This document shows positions 27,229-39,099 of a stretch of DNA of 64,000 nucleotides, piece after piece. How positions within the stretch are numbered: the stretch's first letter is position 1; each line of letters begins with the position of its first letter. The notes under the pieces were generated by a model. It was not told where the DNA came from. It did not search any database and saw only the letters and a list, made by a program, of their open reading frames with translations. Source of the stretch: Octopus sinensis (lineage: Eukaryota). The position numbers and the translations under genes were made by a program. Location: positions 199,640,001 through 199,704,000 of the forward strand of contig NC_042998.1 of NCBI RefSeq assembly GCF_006345805.1, given 5' to 3'.

Positions 27229-28147
27229 AATATTTTGAGGAAAACATTTGCAGGGATAGCAACTGCAGAGTTTGAAAATCCGATCCACAGATACACTGCT
27301 AAACTATGGATGTGTTATTGTAAACTCATCAGGTACACGAAGTAGCCTAGAGGGCACTGCTACAACAGTCTATAGCAGGGAAGGAAGCCTCGATACATCA
27401 GCTTTAATAAAAGGAAAAGCAGTCAGCATCTATGTTCTATCAATAGACATAGATAAACACAGACGAAAAAAAGAGTTTTAAAATTATCCTCTCTGCACCT
27501 AATGGATCTGAAGATCAGATAAATCACCGAAGCTGTGCACATGCTAGGAGCAATATGCAAATATTCCCAAACACACAAAGAGACATTAAATCGGCAATTG
27601 GTAACATGTAACACAATATAACAGGCTGCATGAGCAGGTTATCGGTAATTTAATCGACTATTCTGATATTATTTATTGATATTTTTTTCTGGAGAACTGT
27701 TGGCATTTTGTTCTGCTGCCGACAAAAAACTGCGCTTGCGCGGTGGATTTGAAAAATTATAATGTATAAGCAAGAGACACATGTTTGATTAGCCACGTAC
27801 TTATATGTTTGATCTAGGCGTACCTGTTGATGAAGACTTCGCCTAGAAAATAATTTTATTTGCAAACAAAAATCCAGAAACCATGGTCCAGGAAGTAGAT
27901 GGTAAATGTTTTTACTTTTCATTCCCTTTGAGTTTTTATCCCTAATAGTGGTTCGGACTTTAGCTGTTCCTTCTAGCGTGAAAGGAATCCTATAAAGGAT
28001 ACCTCTTATATATTTAAGTGCACTGTATTCATAAGAAAATATATAGTCTATTGACTAATTTTTCTAGACGCTAGGCCACAGATAGTAAACAGTTCTAAAT
28101 TCTAAATTATTTATTACGCTGATATTATATATATATATGTGTATGTA

Positions 28148-28260
<113 letters not shown>

Positions 28261-28391
28261 ATATATATATATATGAGTAGTTGAATGAATTATCTTATTA
28301 AGGATAATTCGAATTAATCGATACCTGGGTAGCAAATTCACATCAGAAAAAAAACGGCTGAAGTTACGTGCCTAGGGCATAGATTACGTGC

Positions 28392-28474
28392 TTTTCCTGA
28401 TGTGAAAGCGACATAATGTACTCCTTATTCCTTCGCAATTAGGAATATGCTGCCTTCGAAACGTATGTCGAAAA
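28392..28474 (+). ncRNA. Minimal type I hammerhead motif in a ~260-bp element (28274-28536) between two (TA)n tracts
   Basis: Stem I UUUUC/GAAAA, CUGAUG(U) 28397-28403, stem II GAAAGCGACAUA/UAUGCUGCCUUC (9/12), GAAA 28458-28461, C-GUAU-G, GUC triplet ending 28469; A9 replaced by U. Confidence 0.65.
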
Positions 28475-28545
28475 TAAAGGAATTTTGTTAATTCGTCGTT
28501 CAGCTCCATTCTTTCATATATTTATATTTTAAAAATATACATATA

Positions 28546-28586
<41 letters not shown>

Positions 28587-29456
28587 CGTACATACATACA
28601 TACATACACACATATATATATATAATTATAATATATATATATATATAATCCTCCGTTTGTCCATTCTGACATCTAATGTGCAAGATATTATTTCCCTCTT
28701 CAGGCAATGTCTGTTTGATGGTGTGTGCGATGTTACATAAATTTGATCACTATAAACAAATCAGCTGTGCATGCTATCGAGCAAATTTTAGCGGAATCCA
28801 CTTCTGCTGTCTACTAAGTAAGTAAGTAAGCAAGTAAGTAAGTAAGTAAGTAAATATGTATATATGTATGCATGTACGTACGTATGTATGTATGTATGTA
28901 TGTATGTATGTATGTATGTATGTATGTATGCATGTATGTGTGATTTTCCTTTGAGTTTCATTTTTGTTCTCCTTGAAAGACTTCAAGCCGGTCGCTAACA
29001 AAGCGACAACCTTTTTGAATAAAGAGAATTCCTGTTGTTTGTACATATGTAATTAATTTCGTGCGTTCGTTGAACTGCCGATGTTCACACCGAAGTGTAC
29101 ATTTATTTTCGCATGGAGAATTTTCGCATGTCTTACAAATCCACACTGTGGCACTAATAGATTGGATTTCGAGAATCCGCGTCAGTTTTTGTTTTTTGGC
29201 TCCTTTTCCTCGAAAACAAGTATTTCTAGCATTTTGTGCAAATTTCTTGGTACTTAACCGAATGCACCTATGATGATAGGTACAAATATGGATTTATAGT
29301 CAGGGTACAAGAGCTGCAATTTATGCTACCCATTTCTGCGTATAGTATTGTAAATTACATTTGCAACTATATTGGCGGTATCTCTATTCCTCCTTGTTTA
29401 TCTGATATGCAGTAACTATCTACTGTTCCTAGATAGCGAAGGCATATCCTTATAGG

Positions 29457-29629
29457 GAAAGTTTACGGAAAAAACAAAAGACGAAGACTGGTGGTGTACA
29501 AAACAAACCGAGGTATTAGTATAACGCTCAAGAATAGAAAAAGTCTTTTACATCTCGAGCCTACGCTCTTCTAAGGTACACAGAAAAAACAAGGAAGGAA
29601 AAAATGTGTAGTGGCTAACGATCTATCAT
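29457..29629 (-). mobile_element. Second copy of the 22710 family, with 16-bp TSD; HHR partly deleted
   Basis: Minus strand starts (GC)CATGATAGATCGTTAGCCACTACAC; AGAAGAGCGTAGGCTCGAGATGTAAAAGAC retained; TSD GGCATATCCTTATAGG at 29441-29456 and 29630-29645 (may overlap element termini). Confidence 0.8.
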
Positions 29630-30337
29630 GGCATATCCTTATAGGTTGGATCTAATGTGTCTATTGCCGGTCCAATGTAGGGTACACTTCCTGTCAATGC
29701 CCTCGTTGTTCGTGTGTGTGTGTGTGGGGGGGGTGCGTGTGTGTGTTTGTATGTTTGTGTCCGCGTGTGTATGATAAAACATCTAGTTTTTTATGCCAGG
29801 TTTTTATCTAATGCTGTAAGAACACCGACATCCAAATCAGAATTTATGGATATTGATGTCAAAATTAGTGTGTGATAAATGGTAAAAAAAAAAAAGGAAC
29901 AATTAATGAAAACATGATAGCAGCAAAATTCGAGTCAATGAAAACCGTAAGAATACTTATATTCAGTTCCACACGCGAATAAATAGATTTGTAAATCTTC
30001 GAATAATTTGGCGGTAAGACTTACGTTGGAAAAGGAGTGAAAGTAGGGTAAAAACAAAAAATAAAAATAAACGGAAAATTCATAAGGAAGTCGTGCGATT
30101 CTTAGATCATTACCATTACCATTTTGAAAATGATAAAAAAGAGACAAAAAGGAAAAGTCTTCATACAAAGCAGATCGTTACTGGATTGAAGCCAGAGTAT
30201 CAGGTTTCTAGTGTGTACGTGTGTGTTTTTACGTCTTCCTTTATTTTATTTTTCACTGTCAGATTTCACTTGTGTACATATATGTGTTTGTTACATCTTC
30301 CTGCGAGCCTGCTGTGTGCTGCGGTTTTCTCTAAGTG

Positions 30338-30369
<32 letters not shown>

Positions 30370-31509
30370 TGTATGTATGTATGTATGTATGCATGCATGT
30401 ATGTATGTATGTATGTATGTATGTATGTATGTATGCATGCATGCATGCATGCATGTATGTATGTATGTATGCATGCATGTATGTATGTATGTATGTATAT
30501 ATGTGTGTATGTATGTATGTATGTGTGTATGTATGTATGTGTGTATGTATGTATGTATGTATGTATGTATGTATGTGTGTGTGTATGTATGTATGTATGT
30601 ATGTATGTATGTATGTATGTATGTGTGTATGTATGCATGTATGCATGTATGTATGTATGTATGAATGTATGTATGTGTGTATGAATGTGTGTATGTGTGT
30701 ATGTGTGTATGTGTGTATGTTTGTGTGTATGTATGTATGTATGTATGTGTGTATGTGTGTATGTATGTATGTACGTATGTATGTATGTATGTGTGTATGT
30801 ATGTATGTATGCATGTATGTATGTATGTATGTATGTATGTGTGTATGTATGTATGTATGTATGTATGTATGTATGTATGTATATATGTGTGTATGTATGT
30901 ATGTATGTATGTATGTATGTATGTGTGTATGTGTGTATGTATGTATGTATGGATGTATGGATGTATGTATGTATGTATGCGTGTATGTGTGTATGTGTGT
31001 ATGTGTGTATGTATGTATGTATGTATGTATGTGTGTATGTGTGTATGTGTGTATGTATGTATGTATGTATGTGTGTATGTGTGTATGTATGTATGTATGT
31101 ATGTATGTATGTGTGTATGTATGTACGTATGTATGTATGTATGTGTGTACGTATGTACGTATGTATGTATGTATGGATGTATGTATGTATGTATGTATGT
31201 GTGTATGTGTGTATGTATGTATGTATGTATGTATGTATGTGTGTATGTATGTACGTATGTATGTATGTATGTATGTATGTATGGATGTATGGATGTATGT
31301 ATGTATGTATGTATGCGTGTATGTGTGTATGTGTGTATGTGTGTATGTATGTATGTATGTATGTATGTATGTATGTATGTATGTATGTATGTATGTATGG
31401 ATGTATGGATGTATGTATGTATGTATGTATGCGTGTATGTGTGTATGTGTGTATGTGTGTATGTATGTATGTATGTATGTATGTGTGTATGTGTGTATGT
31501 GTGTGTGTG
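30338..31509. repeat. ~1.2-kb (TATG)n tetranucleotide array with TGTG/GATG/CATG variants
   Basis: Directly visible; source of the 490-aa MYVC ORF. Confidence 0.97.
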
Positions 31510-32226
31510 GACTGGGTTTGTATTTAGAAGTTAAATATATCTATGGATTTTTGTATCTATGTTAGTGTTTCTTACGTGTGTATGTTTTTTTTTTTGCATG
31601 ATGTTGCTGGATCACAACGTTGGGCTTTTTTGTGCAGTTGTGTTGCAAAGCGATGTGTAACGTGAATTGTTTGTACATTAGCTTGTGGTGCATCTGCGTG
31701 CATTCTTAACATGCATATCTGTGCATGTGCATTTTGCAGTTGGTTATGTGTGTGCTTTTGTTTTAATGTCTAAAGCGCACACGCGCACGCACGCGCGCGT
31801 GTGCATGTCTGAAAGAAATGTGCAGAGGTATGCGATTGTTGAATGAATGTGAAGCCCTTCGTATTTCATGCGAGTTTCTGAATTATTGTACTGTCGTTCA
31901 AATGTGCCGTTTTAGTCGTGTGCTGATATGAGCTGTTTGAGTTCGTTGCGTGTGTATGCGCGTTTGGCTTTTGTGTATGTATGTATATATATTGACTGTG
32001 TGCGGTGATAATGCATGGAAACTCGTGTCTACCTGTTTATAGCGTATGCGTATGTTATGTGTATGTGAATAAGGGAGACTGTAGGAGGCGTGTGTGCATG
32101 TCTTGCATGCTGTTTGCTGCATTAAAAAAAAATTGTGTGTGTTTGCTTGTTTATAGTGTGTACGTAATATGAAACTTGGGTGCGTGTTCGTTTCTATGTC
32201 CTGCTCGCTTCGAAATTTATCTATTA

Positions 32227-33650
32227 CACTGGGCAACAAAGATTTTCCTATTGGAGTAAAAACATGTTTTAGACTAAATGAAGGATGCTGATTCCGAATC
32301 CGCACTCAGAATTGTTCTAGCATGTCAGAAACTTGAGTTATGCGCATGCGCAATATTATAAATATGTTTTCGGCAAGATATATGCCGTATTATAAAATTT
32401 ACTAAAATGAAAGCGGTCTTAATTCAAAATTTAAAATAAAACAAGCGATGGGAAAGTTTTTTATTTCGTTTAGCAATAGATAGCGCTGATGTACTCTGTG
32501 AAATGCCAAATATGTCAGATTGTTCTTGGTAACTCTCAGTGTTGTATACGCTGCCGTCACCTGCGGTATGGCTCTGCGTGATTGCTGTTTTACCTGTATT
32601 CATTATGTTAGATCATGAATAGGAGAAGCTGTCTTTTTATTATGTCTCTAGAAAGTTTGCTCCAACTTTAAAAAAATCCTATAAATATAATTCCGGGTGT
32701 AAATTTGGGGATCAAGACAAAAAGTGGTCAGATCATAAATGCTGCACTGTGAGTTACTCGGGGATTACACAGTGGCTGAATAGAAAACGGAAGGGAACGT
32801 CTTTTGCTGCACCAATGGTGTGGCGTGAGCCAGCCAATCATGTCTCTGATTGTTATTTTTGCATGACTAATATTATTGGTATCTCAAATACCAAAGCAAA
32901 AGATGTGTATGCAGATTGTAAGTCGACTCTAAAACCGGTCCCACATGACTTCGAGAACCCTGTACTAGTTCCCCTCTCACATGCTTCACTTGAAAATCTT
33001 CACACGTCGCCCGATGAACCCTTGAATCCCCTATCGACGAAGAATACGTAGTTGATTCTAAGAAAAATGAGCCAGGCTTGTTTAATCAGGAAAATTTGAA
33101 CGATTTAGTAAGAGACCCTACATTGATTGATTGATTGATTGATTCTAGTTTCAGCTTATGAGCTGTGGCCATGCTGGGGCACCGCCATTTGGTGTTGCTA
33201 CTTGGTTTCACTTCACGAAAGCTTTCTAGCAACTGCCATTTGGTGCATGAGAGAGTTCGATGCAGCTGCCCTCATCTGCCCCTCCTGCCGTGAAGTTGGT
33301 TCATCTGGGACACCTGACAGGAAGAGATCCAGCTTCATTTTAAAGACATCTGCATCCACCCCATGCAGGTCTCTCAGGTTCTTCGGGAGGATATTGTCAA
33401 AGGAGAGCGTAAAAGATTGAGATCCAAATCACAACCCCAGAATCTCCTAAAGCAAGGTACGAAAATTTCCATTTTCTGTTCTTGCTCTAAAGTCTTATCT
33501 GTCCTTTTCAAGCAAGAAAATAATGCTTGTTTCTGTACTGAAGTTAATGCACTCAGGCAAAAACTAGAATACTTGCTTGTGGTTAAGGAATAGAGATTGT
33601 TTATAGACTCGTGTAAGGTTAGCATCAAAGCTGTGTTGTCAAATAATGGG
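32227..33650 (+). mobile_element. Chapaev-3-like (CMC) DNA transposon relic: left end and transposase N-terminal half
   Basis: Left terminus CACTGGGCAACAAA; GCKFGDQDKKWSDHKCC, PMVWREPANHVSDCYFC, LKPVPH, LNDLVRD, E*RLFIDSCKVSIKAVL; family name from remembered motifs. Confidence 0.7.
33126..33392 (-). mobile_element. 3'-end copy of the 24926 LINE family inserted into the transposase
   Basis: Matches 25820-26070 (GVPDEPTSRQE...AAASNSL); tail (CAAT)n; ATTG at both junctions (33122-33125, 33393-33396); host frame resumes DLVRDPTL|SKES. Confidence 0.9.
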
Positions 33651-34024
33651 TGGGAGTACTTAAGATTTTCGGTAGGTGAAGCTTGCTCTACAGTTGGGAG
33701 TATATGCGTCAGTAATGGCATCAAATTTTGAGGTGGGATCTCGAAGTCATAGTCGATATCAGCTTCGAATTAACCCCCTTAGTAAAATAGCCGATACCTT
33801 AAATAACTCTCTCTAACAATATGTCAGTAATACCATATAAAGTTCGGTACATATAAACATAGAAGATATGAAAATATTCGGCGAACTCAGAATAACCTTC
33901 TATACATAAATACAAATTCTCTCTCTCTCTCCTCTCTCTCTCTCTCAATATCTCTCTCTCTCTCTCTCAATATATATATATATATTATATATATATATAT
34001 ATCTATATCTATATATATATATAT

Positions 34025-34219
34025 ATATTGTTATATTTCGGAATGGTCACATAGCCAATAAAAACACACGTACTATATATTTGGTGTTATTTTGGGCCGA
34101 AATAAGATTAAGATTAATGTAAAAAATAAATAACACTGAAGCAAAGTAATACCAATATATATTGCGTGTGTTTTTATTGGCTAAACTGGCAAAATGACCA
34201 TTCCGAAATATAACAATAT
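34025..34219. repeat. (TA)n-embedded element with nested perfect inverted repeats
   Basis: 25-bp arms 34025-34049/34195-34219; 19-bp inner arms 34052-34070/34165-34183. Confidence 0.9.
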
Positions 34220-34279
34220 CTGTTTCAACACACGACTTCACATAAAAAATCTTGCACCACAAATATATAAACGTATATA

Positions 34280-34333
<54 letters not shown>

Positions 34334-34349
34334 CATATATATATATCTA

Positions 34350-34405
<56 letters not shown>

Positions 34406-35185
34406 GTATATATATGTTGAATTTGTTACAGTGAAGCATTGTGTGATATTACATTGAAGAAACTTGTTCGGTAAGTCCAGAACAATGCGAAGTAAGATAT
34501 AAAGTTAACTATAAAAATAAAAGAAAGTGAAGTTGGAGTTTTAATTCTATATTTCGAGGAGGTTATGATCCCTTCATAAGTACAAGTGGACAAGTAGAGG
34601 ATGGGAAACAGTTCGTTGCTTGGATGTGTGTGTACTGGGGTGGACGGTGACATTTGCGGACTAGCGTTGCTATAGTAACTAGTCTGTTTCATGTAGTTAT
34701 TTTCTGTTATTCATAGCTGGTCTCAGTTTATAGCTGGCAAGTAAAAAAAAAAAACAAAAAAAAACTTTGTGGTGGTGGGGTTGATGTCACTATGTACCCT
34801 ACAATATTTATGATACGTATAGTTCAATCTCCATTTCAGATAAAATACAAGACAAGGAAACAAAGGCAAAACGAATTAAGCACCAAAATATTACATTGCC
34901 AAAACACACAAATATAAACGTAGCTACCAACAGTATATTCCAAATATTTAACGGTTCTTTTATTTCTTGTCATCTGGTTTACTTATTATCGGGTACGTAT
35001 ATGTGCCGAGGCAATGGTTATGTTTAGTATACAGGAACATACACGTAACAAAAGACATGTACAAGAACTCACTCCTGCACAGACAAAACATGCAATCATA
35101 AACATCTATATAACATTCACACAAACACGCAAAACCAACATAATGAATGAATATATATATACATATACACATGTTTATATATTAA

Positions 35186-35504
35186 AGACTCCGCTGGTTA
35201 CGACGACGAGGGTCCCAGCTGATACGATCAACGGAACAGCTTGCTCGTGAAATTAACGTGCAAATGGCTGAGCATTCCACAGACACGTGTACCCATAACG
35301 TAGTTCTCGGGGATAATCAGCGTGACACAGAGAGTGACAAGACTGACCCTTTGAAATACAAGTACAACTCATTTTTGCCAGCTGAGTGGACTGGAGCAAC
35401 GTGAAATAAAGTGTCTTGCTCAAGGACACAACGCGTCGCCGGGAATCGAACTCACAACCTTACGATCATGAGCCGAATGCCCTAACCACTAAGCCACGCG
35501 CCCT
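35186..35504 (-). mobile_element. SINE family D (different tRNA head, family C tail)
   Basis: Head GCGTGGCTTAGTGGTTAGG...GAGTTCGATTCC, GTCCTTGAGCAAGACACTT body, 3' ~170 bp matches family C. Confidence 0.85.
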
Positions 35505-35554
35505 CTGTTTATATATATATATACACACACACACGTATATATATATATATATAT

Positions 35555-35703
35555 TGGCCTGTCCGCTTAGCCAGCGGGATGGCGTCATTTGAAGGCTAAA
35601 ACAATGAAACGCATTGTGCCCAACGATGTGTAACAACATCTGATGGTCTGGTCGGTCGCGTGACCACATGAACACACACACACAAACACACATATATATA
35701 TAA

Positions 35704-35771
<68 letters not shown>

Positions 35772-35772
35772 C

Positions 35773-35803
<31 letters not shown>

Positions 35804-35911
35804 GGCCTGTCCGCTAAGCCAGCGGGATGGCGTCATTTGAAGGCTAAAACAATGCAAACGCATTGTGCCAGCGATGTGTAACATCTGATGGTCTGGTCGG
35901 TCGCGTGACCG
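35555..35911 (+). mobile_element. Two 3'-tail fragments of SINE family E, each between TA/CA tracts (35555-35668, 35803-35911)
   Basis: TGGCCTGTCCGC...GGCGTCATTTGAAGGCTAAAACAATG...GGTCGGTCGCGTGACC twice; matches tail of 38155-38450. Confidence 0.8.
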
Positions 35912-35961
35912 CATGATACACACAACACACACACACACATATATATATATATGAATATATA

Positions 35962-35994
<33 letters not shown>

Positions 35995-36096
35995 CATACA
36001 TATATATATATATTATATTATATATGTTAGTGTGTAGTTTTATGTGTGCGTAGTTCTTTATATGCATATACATACATTAATATAAATATTTATCTG

Positions 36097-36159
<63 letters not shown>

Positions 36160-36436
36160 CATAAATATGTGTATATGTGTGTGATTGTATGTGTCTCTAT
36201 GTCTATATCCGTGTATGTGTATCTCCATTCACGTGGATATTGTACTGTAGTTTTGAAATTCTTTTATTTGGTTCTTTAAGATACGATGAGCTGTACTCGC
36301 CTCGAGATAATTTCTCAGTAAATATTATTCCGTTATTTCTCTAATCTGCGCTTTTCTTTTAATTCCTACAGATATTTTAATAACGTTGTTTTAATATATA
36401 CATACATACAAACATACATACATACATACATACATT

Positions 36437-36475
<39 letters not shown>

Positions 36476-36561
36476 GTAGTTAGATAGTTAGATAGAAATA
36501 GAGATAGAGAGGGAGAGATAGAGAGAGAGCGGATACGTATGTGTGTGTGTGTATATATATT

Positions 36562-36862
36562 CTTTTATTCTTTTACTTGTTTCAGTGGTTTGACTGCAGC
36601 CATGCTGGAGCACCACCTTCAGCCGAGCAAATAGACCTCAGGACACCACCATTGGTTGTCAAGTGATGTTGGGGATGGGGAAAACACACATACACACATA
36701 TATATATATACGACGGGCTTCATTCAGTTTCCGTATACCAAATCCACCCACAAGGCTATGGTCGGCTCAAGTCTATAGTAGAAGAGCCTTGCCTCAGGTG
36801 TCACGAAGTGGGACTGAACCCGGAAGATGTTGTTGGTAAGCAAGCTACTAACCGCACAGCCG
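36562..36862 (-). mobile_element. SINE family A, internally deleted
   Basis: Head and tail match 1-411. Confidence 0.8.
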
Positions 36863-37589
36863 CTGGCCCAATGAAGGCAGCTTGCAGCATATTTGATTTG
36901 AGATATATGTAATGAATAAAATTACTTAAATCTGTATAAGTTTTAGAGCCCTGAAAACTAAATGCAGACTTTTTATACAAAATTCAAACGGTTATCAGGT
37001 GAGCTTATTTAAGCATTTATTGGTTTTTAATGTCACTATATTTTTGTGTTTATTCTAATATCAGCTCCTTTATTGAGATTTCCACGTGGTACAGCTGAGT
37101 ATAACTTAGGTTATTATGTTTTAGTGACAAAAATTATTATGTATTAATGTAGCTGATTTGTTTGACCAACATTATTGTTTGATAAGCTTTAATTTACATG
37201 GGCAGGCGAGAATTACATACTCCGCTTTTTTGTCTAAGCATGCTACGCCTAGTGTTATAATACAGGTCTTAACTGGAAGCGGCATAAGGAACATACAATA
37301 AGATAGGTAAATGTTGGTGGAGTATGTTAATTTTTCTGACGGGTGCAAATTGGCAATTGCGAGATCCATGGAATTAAAGGAAGGTGATGGTTATTTAGGA
37401 TAATCCCTGTGAAGAAAAATGTTTTAATCGTCATATCTCCAGTTAAATGTGTACATGGTGATAGATTAACGTATGTTTAATTTTGTGTCTTGAAATTGCA
37501 CTTGTATTACACTTTTGTTTCTACACAGGACATTCCAGATTTAAGACGATACACTTTACAAACAATGAGTCATTGAAATATTCATATAA

Positions 37590-37965
37590 AGATTTTCCCA
37601 CATTGGTCTTCTTGGGAGAGAAATCAGCCGGTGTTCCCCTGCACAAGGTAACTCAAGAAGACGTTGAGGAACCAACATAAGCTATTCCTCAACTCCTACA
37701 ACATTCAACCGGCACAACTTGAACATTTTGCAAACCAGGCGCTCCCTCTGCGACGAAGAAGCTACACATTTTGAACTAATTCGACGTGAGAAACTTGAAG
37801 AAGAGAGACATCAACGTCATCTCAGACTCACCAACAACATAATAGCCAGCATCTTGTATCATCTGTATTGAAGGACATGCCATTCCAGGGTCGGACTCTT
37901 TCCACATCTAAAAATTCACAAAATGTAGGATAAAACTTATAGATGGCAATGTCGTCGTCAACAAG
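37590..37965 (+). mobile_element. RTE/BovB-like LINE 3' fragment, decayed
   Basis: VFLGE..G...RRR...NIQPAQLEHFAN...HFELIRREKLEEERHQRH resembles the RTE C-terminal GEL..G.R..KD.LK..E..A.DR..WR..FE..R pattern. Confidence 0.55.
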
Positions 37966-38154
37966 TAAGTATGCCTCGCATAATACCAACGTTATGGTAT
38001 TAATACTTATGTGTGATATTAAGGCAGTGAGCTGGCATTTCGTCTGTCTTTACATTCTGGCTTCAAAGTAGGCCGAGGACGACTTTGCCTTTCACCCTTT
38101 CACCTGTCTTCGTATTTTGATTTTTGGGAATTCTCCTCCCTTATGTATATATAT

Positions 38155-38450
38155 CACCGTGATCACCGTGACCGACCAGGCTATGAGATGTTGCTACACA
38201 TCGCTGGTCACAATGCGCTTCGCATTGTTTTAGCCTTCAAATGACGCCACCCCGCTGGCTGAGCGAGCAGGCCAACAGAAGAAAGAGCGAGAGAAAGTTG
38301 TGGCGAAAGAGTAAAGTAGGGATCGCCACCACTCCCTGCCGGATCCTCGTGGAGCTTTTAGGTGTTTTTACTCAATAAACACCCACAACGCCCGGTCTGG
38401 GAACCGAAACCGCGAGTCCGCTTCCCTAACCACTGGGCCATTGCGCCTCC
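38155..38450 (-). mobile_element. SINE family E (family C head, alternative tail ending at TA repeat)
   Basis: Head GGAGGCGCAATGGCCCAGTGGTTAGGG as in family C; diverges after CTTTCTCTC; ends GGTCACGGTGATCACGGTGATATATA. Confidence 0.85.
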
Positions 38451-38452
38451 AC

Positions 38453-38504
<52 letters not shown>

Positions 38505-38515
38505 GTATGTATTTG

Positions 38516-38585
<70 letters not shown>

Positions 38586-38629
38586 GTATGTGTTTGTGTG
38601 TATGTACATATATATATATTTATACATAT

Positions 38630-38795
38630 GACAGGCTTCTTTAAGTTTTTGTCTACCAGTTCCACTTACCAGCCTTTGGTCTTGGCTCGAGGTTATAGTA
38701 GAAGCCAGTTGCCGAAGGTGCCACGCAGTGGGACTGAATTTTGAAACATATGGTTAGGACGCAAACCTCTTACGACACAACCATGCCTGAGCCTG
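38630..38795 (-). mobile_element. SINE family A 5' half
   Basis: GGTGCCACGCAGTGGGACTGAA and flanks match family A. Confidence 0.75.
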
Positions 38796-39099
38796 ATTAA
38801 TGAAAGCATATGTATATGTATTTATAAAATACTTGCTGCTCATTATTTTATATTGTTCTGGAATATTATCTTGTAAAATGTATGTACGGGCAACGTTTTA
38901 CACATATTCAGGTAGGCGGTATTTTGAAAACTTAAGAGTTGTACAAGATGTAAATAAAAAAAAAGGAAAGAATCACAAAATAGTTCGTTATTCTGCTTAC
39001 GTCATATGTTTCCCTTGACAATATTGCATTGGTTTTGGTTTAATTCTATTATTGTATAATGAGGTTAAATTACATTAATTTTAGTGTTCGGTGGTATAA

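Noticed and set aside
27272-27560. Pif1/Helitron helicase-like IILSAPNG
   Set aside because: No Walker A GKS/T; likely chance
28650-28710. Minus-strand CUGAAGA...GUC next to (TA)n
   Set aside because: GAAA and the 3' strand of stem II are missing; at most a deleted hammerhead relic
30093-31565. 490-aa ORF and the many YI/HT/CV/poly-I/N ORFs
   Set aside because: Translations of stop-free microsatellites, open in several frames on both strands
34025-34219. MITE interpretation of the palindromes
   Set aside because: Unique sequence extends beyond one arm, so the repeats are not terminal on both sides
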